Source of the DNA: an uncultured virus (IMG/VR IMGVR_UViG_3300010338_001863)
Lineage: Duplodnaviria; Heunggongvirae; Uroviricota; Caudoviricetes
Length of the DNA stretch: 64,000 nucleotides
Reading direction: 5' to 3' (one strand)
IMG/VR virus record: IMGVR_UViG_3300010338_001863
The notes under the pieces were generated by a model. It was given only the letters and a program-made list of their open reading frames with translations. It did no database searches and was not told the DNA's origin. The translations under genes and the position numbers were made by a program. Positions 58,530 to 64,000 of the stretch are shown here, in pieces. Positions within the stretch are counted from its first letter, which is position 1. Every line of letters begins with the position of its first letter.

Positions 58530-58956
58530 TTTCCCTCCTTATTTTTTCACATTCTTCTTTTACTATCTTCTCAAATTTCTCTATACATATCCACTCTCTT
58601 TCATATTCTTTCCCATTTATCCTTATCGCTTTATTTTCTCCAATTATATCTTTTATATGTATGTGGTATATTTCCCCTTTGTAATAGAAAAGCCTTTCCC
58701 CTGTTACTGGTATTATGTTTATCTTGGATAGTTCTTTTAACACTTTCTCTTTTTTAATTTTGTTGGTTTTGCATATAAATTCCAGCATCTCGTTGAATAA
58801 ACCTTTCTTATATGCTACAGCCAAATATTCCTCAATCCCAAACTTCCTTTCTATCTTAAGACACTCCTTACAACAAAGCCCATATCTTTCTACATTGTGG
58901 GCATTGTATAAATCGTGTAGTTTCTGGAGAGTAAGTAGTTCTTTTAATTTATTCAT
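58501..58956 (-). CDS. HxxYxxH-CxxC module protein (alternative start 59028)
   Basis: LHDLYNAHNVERYGLCCKEC; duplicated RBS+ATG. Confidence 0.7.
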   Translation of the reverse strand: MNKLKELLTLQKLHDLYNAHNVERYGLCCKECLKIERKFGIEEYLAVAYKKGLFNEMLEFICKTNKIKKEKVLKELSKINIIPVTGERLFYYKGEIYHIHIKDIIGENKAIRINGKEYEREWICIEKFEKIVKEECEKIRRENARKSNCNK

Positions 58957-59059
58957 TTTGTCCTCCTTTGTCTGTTGATTCTTAACCATCACGCGCTTGA
59001 TTACGACGTAGACGAGGCATATATTCATTTTGTCCTCCTTTGTCTGTTGATTCTTAACC
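58950..59059. repeat. 38-bp direct repeat x2 separated by 34 nt
   Basis: TATTCATTTTGTCCTCCTTTGTCTGTTGATTCTTAACC at 58950 and 59022. Confidence 0.9.
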
Positions 59060-59699
59060 TGTATATGTATGACCCAAGCTCTATGAAGCATCTTTGTTCT
59101 TCGGCTTCTACCTTCAGCAATATATTTATCCCCGTATGTATCCCTTTCTTTTTAACGAGATGATACAGATATCTCATGGGATATTTGTTTAATATTTTTA
59201 TTAAATGTCCTGGTGTTTTTCTGTTCATACGATAGTCCCATACTATTTTTTTGTTCCCGTAGAAGTTAGCCATTTTAGCCGTATGGTCAATCTTGTGGAA
59301 TTCCCTATATTTGAATTGTTCCTGAGGCCAGGCCATTAATAATATCCTACATCTCTTTGTTAGTCCTAATACGCATTTGTTAAACGGGGCATCTTTTATA
59401 GCTTGGTCTATGATAGGATGTTCCCCCACAATCTCTTTCAATTTCTTTATTTTGTTGGGGTATTTAGCTGCGACAAATCCGAAGACCAAAGCTTGCATTT
59501 GCTTATTCTCCGACAGAGCTAACCCTACCAGATTGTTGACGGGAAGTTTTAACATCTTCGAGAAGCCGAAAACATTTTGGGTTATATCCCCACATTCGCA
59601 AACAATATGTTTGGAATGTATCCTATATCTGTCGTGGATGTTCTTTAATATTTTTATCTTATCCGTTTCTTTAGTAATATCTTTCATAATCCCATCCAT
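59025..59699 (-). CDS. HxxYxxH-CxC module protein (paralog of 59671-60399)
   Basis: IHDRYRIHSKHIVCECG; shares LVFG and PII.QA.KDAP.NK with its neighbour. Confidence 0.75.
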   Translation of the reverse strand: MDGIMKDITKETDKIKILKNIHDRYRIHSKHIVCECGDITQNVFGFSKMLKLPVNNLVGLALSENKQMQALVFGFVAAKYPNKIKKLKEIVGEHPIIDQAIKDAPFNKCVLGLTKRCRILLMAWPQEQFKYREFHKIDHTAKMANFYGNKKIVWDYRMNRKTPGHLIKILNKYPMRYLYHLVKKKGIHTGINILLKVEAEEQRCFIELGSYIYRLRINRQRRTK

Positions 59700-60399
59700 A
59701 TGCTCCTCTAATATTTGCTTGGTCTCTTAATTTATCGATGATTTCGGAAGGTTTTTTCCCATATTTTATTAAATCAATTATATTTCTTATTTGTCTAGGG
59801 ATAGTTATCCATCTAATCACCCCATCCCTCAAGTTTTTAAAAGCAACCAACCAGCCAGTTTTGACTCCCTTTTTCTTTAGGTAGTAATAAAATACATCGA
59901 ATGAATATTTGTTTGTTATTCTATATACCCAGTTGTTCCCGCTGTAATACCCATACCCATAATACCATTTAATATATCCACCCCAGAATACGGGCATGGT
60001 TTTCCTTTCCCATCCTTTCTTTTTAGAGATGCCGTTATATGGATTTATAGGTTCAGTTATTTTGAAGGTATTCCTAGATTTAGTAACATACTCAGCTATA
60101 TCTTTGTTTATCGGAGCGTCCTTCTTTGCTTGGGCTATTATTGGGTTCTTGGTTTCCAAAACAGACTCAAGCTTTTCTAGTTTGCTTGGGCTGCTGTAAG
60201 CCAAAATCCCAAACACTAAACTCTGCAATTGCTTGCTCCCCTCCAAAGCTATAGCTTTGAGGCTTGGTAAAGGAAGGTCTTTTATCTCTGATAAAGAAAA
60301 GTCTTCCCTTATTATCTTGCCACACTCGCAGATAAATCTGCCGGAGTGGGTATCGTATTGGTCGTGCATTTGTCTCAGTGTTTTCAAGTCAATGTTCAT
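59671..60399 (-). CDS. HxxYxxH-CxC module protein
   Basis: MHDQYDTHSGRFICECG. Confidence 0.75.
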   Translation of the reverse strand: MNIDLKTLRQMHDQYDTHSGRFICECGKIIREDFSLSEIKDLPLPSLKAIALEGSKQLQSLVFGILAYSSPSKLEKLESVLETKNPIIAQAKKDAPINKDIAEYVTKSRNTFKITEPINPYNGISKKKGWERKTMPVFWGGYIKWYYGYGYYSGNNWVYRITNKYSFDVFYYYLKKKGVKTGWLVAFKNLRDGVIRWITIPRQIRNIIDLIKYGKKPSEIIDKLRDQANIRGAYGWDYERYY

Positions 60400-60413
60400 T
60401 TTATCCTCCTTTT

Positions 60414-61103
60414 TTAATTAACATGTTCCCCATTCCAGTTAATCCCTTTTACAATATCCTTTCTTAATTTATTGATATATATACTAGGGGAAGAAGTATA
60501 TTTTAGGAATTCGGCTACTCTCCTTATTCTTGGTCTTACCACAATATATCTATATGGTTTAGTTATGCTAGGTTTTATATATTTAAACACTCCAAATATC
60601 CCGCTATGCATATTCTTTATTTTGTTTATTGTCAAATATATATCTGAAACCCAATATCTAAATAGGTATTTAGGTTTATATCCCAATTTTTTAAATATTT
60701 TTTCTTTTGGTTCATCCCCTAGGTAAAGAGATATATCCCATTTTCTTGTTTTTTTTTGGGAACTATATGGATTTAATTGTGTGAATTTTATAGATATTCC
60801 GCCCATACTTAATATGTCTTCGTTCTCTTCTTTTTCTTTTTCTACTATTTTCAGCAAGATATTTTCGGGATTTTCCTCTATCAACCTTTTTACCTTTGCG
60901 TGACATCTGTATCTCATAATCCCTAAAATAATTAGCTTGAAGCTGGCTGGTTCATCCGAATTTAACAACATCTCTAATCCTTTAAAAGAGATGTTGTCGC
61001 ATTCCGACATCGTGAAATATGTTTTAATTCTCCCACACTCACATATAGGAGCTTTGTCATGGGTGTGGTATTGTTCGTGTAGAGTATACATCATATTATT
61101 CAT
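60414..61103 (-). CDS. HxxYxxH-CxC module protein
   Basis: LHEQYHTHDKAPICECG. Confidence 0.75.
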   Translation of the reverse strand: MNNMMYTLHEQYHTHDKAPICECGRIKTYFTMSECDNISFKGLEMLLNSDEPASFKLIILGIMRYRCHAKVKRLIEENPENILLKIVEKEKEENEDILSMGGISIKFTQLNPYSSQKKTRKWDISLYLGDEPKEKIFKKLGYKPKYLFRYWVSDIYLTINKIKNMHSGIFGVFKYIKPSITKPYRYIVVRPRIRRVAEFLKYTSSPSIYINKLRKDIVKGINWNGEHVN

Positions 61104-61840
61104 TTTATCCTCCTTATATTATAAACCCCAGGTAATAATTTCCTAGGATAAAAATTCTTTGGCTGGATATATTGTTCTTCCTCTATTTTAATTAAATCAG
61201 TATTCAGTATTTTCATCCTGTTCTTTTTAGAGAATTTTATATCTTTCAAATTGTATTTAGGCAATTCTACTCCACTCCAATTCTTCTCAAACACTACTAA
61301 GTCTCCTATTATTGTGAAACATAATTGAGATAGTTCTGGGGAGAATTCAAATTTTTCATATATCCCATCCATCCTTTTGGCGTATAGAGTATATCTTAAA
61401 CTAATGTTTTGGGGGTTATAATTTCTTATTACGCTGTTGTATTTATTGAATTCAAGTATCCCTTCGCCTACACATTTAACTTTAAAAGGGATAAGATTAG
61501 GAGTAAATATTAGAGACATATCCTTAACTTTTTGGTGAAGCCATGGAGCCCATTCCCAATCTACTATTCCTTCACATATCTTATTAAGTAAACCTAATGT
61601 ATCTGAGTTTATTTTTATGTTCTTTAGTTTCTGTAAAGCTTTCTTTTCTGTTTCTGTATCTTTGACCCCATTTATTATTCCCATGTTAGTTATAAGTTCT
61701 TTAGCGCTAATCTCTTCCAGGTCATGATAGTCCAACATCCCATTCTTTATAACAGCTCGACAGGATTTACAGAAGCAGTTCCCAGCTATGTCGTGAGAAT
61801 CATATAGGTCATGCAATATTCTTAATTGCCTTTTGTTCAT
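61100..61840 (-). CDS. HxxYxxH-CxCxxC module protein (paralog of the next gene)
   Basis: LHDLYDSHDIAGNCFCKSC; shared PNLIPFKVK, IGD, KFS.K. Confidence 0.75.
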   Translation of the reverse strand: MNKRQLRILHDLYDSHDIAGNCFCKSCRAVIKNGMLDYHDLEEISAKELITNMGIINGVKDTETEKKALQKLKNIKINSDTLGLLNKICEGIVDWEWAPWLHQKVKDMSLIFTPNLIPFKVKCVGEGILEFNKYNSVIRNYNPQNISLRYTLYAKRMDGIYEKFEFSPELSQLCFTIIGDLVVFEKNWSGVELPKYNLKDIKFSKKNRMKILNTDLIKIEEEQYIQPKNFYPRKLLPGVYNIRRIK

Positions 61841-61851
61841 AGCATCTCCTT

Positions 61852-62610
61852 TTATATTTGTTTTGCTCTGTAGGAACCTATATAAAGAACACCTGGCGAG
61901 TATCTTGGAATTTCAACCTTCTGAGTTTCAAGTACCTCAATTTCAGATTTGTTTTTAAATATTACTTTGTCCTTATTGGAGAATTTGGCATACTTAAGTT
62001 CATAATCGTTCAATTTACAATTCTTCCCAGCAGGGATAAGCAGCATATCTCCTATCACATCAACAGCCAAATTGGCCGCAGACGGAGGGATTTTGTTTTC
62101 AGTATACCTATTGTTGTCGAGCTTAGAATAAACATAATATTTTTCATAATATTTTTCATAAGAAAATTTTCTATATATTATGCGTTTTATAGTTAAATAA
62201 CTATTCATATTGTATTCTCTTACCCCTCTTACCCCTCTTGCTTTGACTTTGAAGGGGATTAAATTAGGATAATTTTTCAGGGATATTTTTTCTAAAGTTG
62301 GGGATAGATATTCGCCCATATAATAATCTACCTCTCTATCCTCTATACATTTGTTTAATAGCATCAGGAGATTGTCGGAGATAGGCTCTTTCTCCATCCT
62401 GCGAAACAAGTTCTCTAAAACTTGCGATGTGCTTACCCCAGAGATAAGTTCAGCGTTTTCCAACAATTCCTGATTAGTCATTGCTTGGAGGTCTTTAGCG
62501 TATAGAATACGATGTCCTACCAAGCTTCTGCATGTCTTGCAGAAACACCTGCCTACTAATTCGTGAGCGTCGTATTGGTCATGCAATATCTTTAATTGTT
62601 CTTTGGTCAT
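61852..62610 (-). CDS. HxxYxxH-CxCxxC module protein
   Basis: LHDQYDAHELVGRCFCKTC; GGAG RBS before ATG 62610. Confidence 0.75.
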   Translation of the reverse strand: MTKEQLKILHDQYDAHELVGRCFCKTCRSLVGHRILYAKDLQAMTNQELLENAELISGVSTSQVLENLFRRMEKEPISDNLLMLLNKCIEDREVDYYMGEYLSPTLEKISLKNYPNLIPFKVKARGVRGVREYNMNSYLTIKRIIYRKFSYEKYYEKYYVYSKLDNNRYTENKIPPSAANLAVDVIGDMLLIPAGKNCKLNDYELKYAKFSNKDKVIFKNKSEIEVLETQKVEIPRYSPGVLYIGSYRAKQI

Positions 62611-63290
62611 GCTTCCTCCCATTGGACTTTAGTGCGTTCCATAAGTATCTTACTAAATCCACCATATGAGATTATTTCTTTTACTTTGTCTATATTGTTG
62701 TTGGTATAATTCAAATATAGAGGGCTATTTTTTGCATCCCTAATTTTATCTTGCATGTAGTCCAAAATTTCCTTTACATCGTTAATGTTTCCTTTTATGT
62801 TAGAGATTATCCTACACATTTGACTTATATATCTCAATCTCTCCCTTTCTTTATCTATAAAATAGCATATGATTTGTTTTGGTATTTGTATCCCATAGTA
62901 ATCTATTTGGGAAAGAATCGCACAATCAAAATTGTCTTTGTAAATTCTTTCTAATTCCTCTTTTGTGGTAATTATCCCTTTGGCTAACTTTAATGCTATA
63001 TTATATGTCTTCTCCTTAATCAATTTATCTATTTCTTCTGAGGTCACATTCTTTTTCAGAAGGAGAGCTTCAAATAAAACATATTGTTCGTTAGCCTTGT
63101 TCTTTATTATCTTTTCTAAGATAAGATTAAAGTCCCCAATCTGTTCAAGAGTTTTCTTGGGAAGGTATTTGGGAGGGATTAGGTTTTTAGCAAATCCACA
63201 ATCCTTACACACCAAATCCCTCGTCCTTGCCTTTATGAAGTCGTGGGAATTATATATTTCATGTAAATTATGTATTTTATTTATATCCAT
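62607..63290 (-). CDS. HxxYxxH-CxxC module protein
   Basis: LHEIYNSHDFIKARTRDLVCKDCG. Confidence 0.75.
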   Translation of the reverse strand: MDINKIHNLHEIYNSHDFIKARTRDLVCKDCGFAKNLIPPKYLPKKTLEQIGDFNLILEKIIKNKANEQYVLFEALLLKKNVTSEEIDKLIKEKTYNIALKLAKGIITTKEELERIYKDNFDCAILSQIDYYGIQIPKQIICYFIDKERERLRYISQMCRIISNIKGNINDVKEILDYMQDKIRDAKNSPLYLNYTNNNIDKVKEIISYGGFSKILMERTKVQWEEA

Positions 63291-63291
63291 A

Positions 63292-63537
63292 TTATCCTCC
63301 TTTATCTTCCATTATTTTTTTGTGGAAGATGCTCATTTCTGCGGCTTCTATCTCGCCTTTAGTGTATCCTTTCTTCAGCGTTTTAGATATCATAGTCATA
63401 AACATCCCTGCTTCCTCAGCGGTTATCTTCCCCGATATTGCTAATACTCTGAATATCCCAGCCAGAATTAGTATGTCTTCTTTAGCATTTTTTATTTTTT
63501 TAGTTTTATTATCTATTATTTCTTTTATTTCTTTCAT
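63292..63537 (-). CDS. hypothetical protein
   Basis: AGGAGG RBS; 81 aa. Confidence 0.6.
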   Translation of the reverse strand: MKEIKEIIDNKTKKIKNAKEDILILAGIFRVLAISGKITAEEAGMFMTMISKTLKKGYTKGEIEAAEMSIFHKKIMEDKGG

Positions 63538-64000
63538 TTCTTCCTCCTTTCCCGAACACGTCGGACAACCCTAAGAATTTCTTCTCTCCCATATCGCTAA
63601 TAGTCAGGAATTCACCAAACTCCTGCTTCATGTAGCTATATAACTTATTACCTCTTACTCTTCTTATTATATGTAGCAAAGAATAAGAAAAGCTTTTCCT
63701 CATACGATTTATCTCTTCGGGGTTAGCTTCTAAGAGGTCGATTATCATTTGCTGGTCTATCTTGTCGATTATGTTTTCTTTGATTATAAAGCTCCACAAG
63801 TCATGCAATTGGGCATATCTCAATATTGGAGTAGTATATATCTTCCTCGTCAAAAATATGCTTACCAGCAATACCCTGTATAGATATATATAATTAGTCC
63901 TGTCGCATTCTTTTATTAGCTCTTCTTGATTGAATGGGATTTTGGAATACAACAGGCTATATAATCTAACAATTAAATTGTTGTCCTTGTTGTTATATAT
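63509..64000 (-). CDS. hypothetical protein (5'-partial; frame is open to the window end)
   Basis: No stop between 63952 and 64000 in this frame. Confidence 0.55.
   Translation of the reverse strand: MYNNKDNNLIVRLYSLLYSKIPFNQEELIKECDRTNYIYLYRVLLVSIFLTRKIYTTPILRYAQLHDLWSFIIKENIIDKIDQQMIIDLLEANPEEINRMRKSFSYSLLHIIRRVRGNKLYSYMKQEFGEFLTISDMGEKKFLGLSDVFGKGGRNERNKRNNR

Noticed and set aside
58950..59059. Mini-CRISPR array
   Set aside because: Only two repeats, non-palindromic, and made of the neighbouring gene's stop/RBS/ATG
31258..63574. Numerous + strand ORFs antisense to the - strand genes (e.g. 32620-33150, 43367-44011, 44458-44865)
   Set aside because: Shadow ORFs of AT-rich coding sequence with no RBS or recognisable motifs
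1..64000. Stop-codon reassignment, as in some large phages
   Set aside because: Conserved genes are full length in code 11, and TAA, TAG and TGA all terminate genes
1..64000. tRNA/rRNA genes
   Set aside because: No cloverleaf or T-loop signature was seen by eye in the few intergenic gaps; tRNAscan-SE would be decisive

Overview
This is an AT-rich, gene-dense fragment of a large (probably jumbo) tailed bacteriophage, read with standard code 11 and strong GGAGG RBSs. 1-29.2 kb (+ strand) is a late/virion block: RCC1-repeat and tail-fibre proteins, holin-like, DUF5675 and permuted-papain genes. It ends in three large multidomain proteins carrying an ATP-dependent DNA ligase, 2H phosphoesterase, HAD phosphatase, a CCA-adding/HD enzyme split across two genes, a 14x30-aa repeat, a LigD-type primase-polymerase and a ferritin-like domain; their modules are delimited by a recurring aromatic..K-x-A/S motif. 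29.2-44.5 kb (- strand) is a replication/recombination block: split SbcC plus SbcD, RecA, SSB-like, histone-fold-like, primase, DnaB, dUTPase, an IS605-type tnpB and an SNF2 helicase. 45.6-46.5 kb is a non-coding ~45-bp repeat array at a GC-skew inversion (origin-like). 47.6-48.5 kb is an IS607-derived element in which most of tnpB is replaced by an HNH gene while the omegaRNA end is kept. 49.4-49.7 kb is a DnaA-box cluster. 48.7-63.3 kb (- strand) is an early/accessory block where 14 otherwise diverse genes share an N-terminal H-x2-Y-x2-H...C-x(1-2)-C module. All family assignments come from motif recognition by eye, not database searches.
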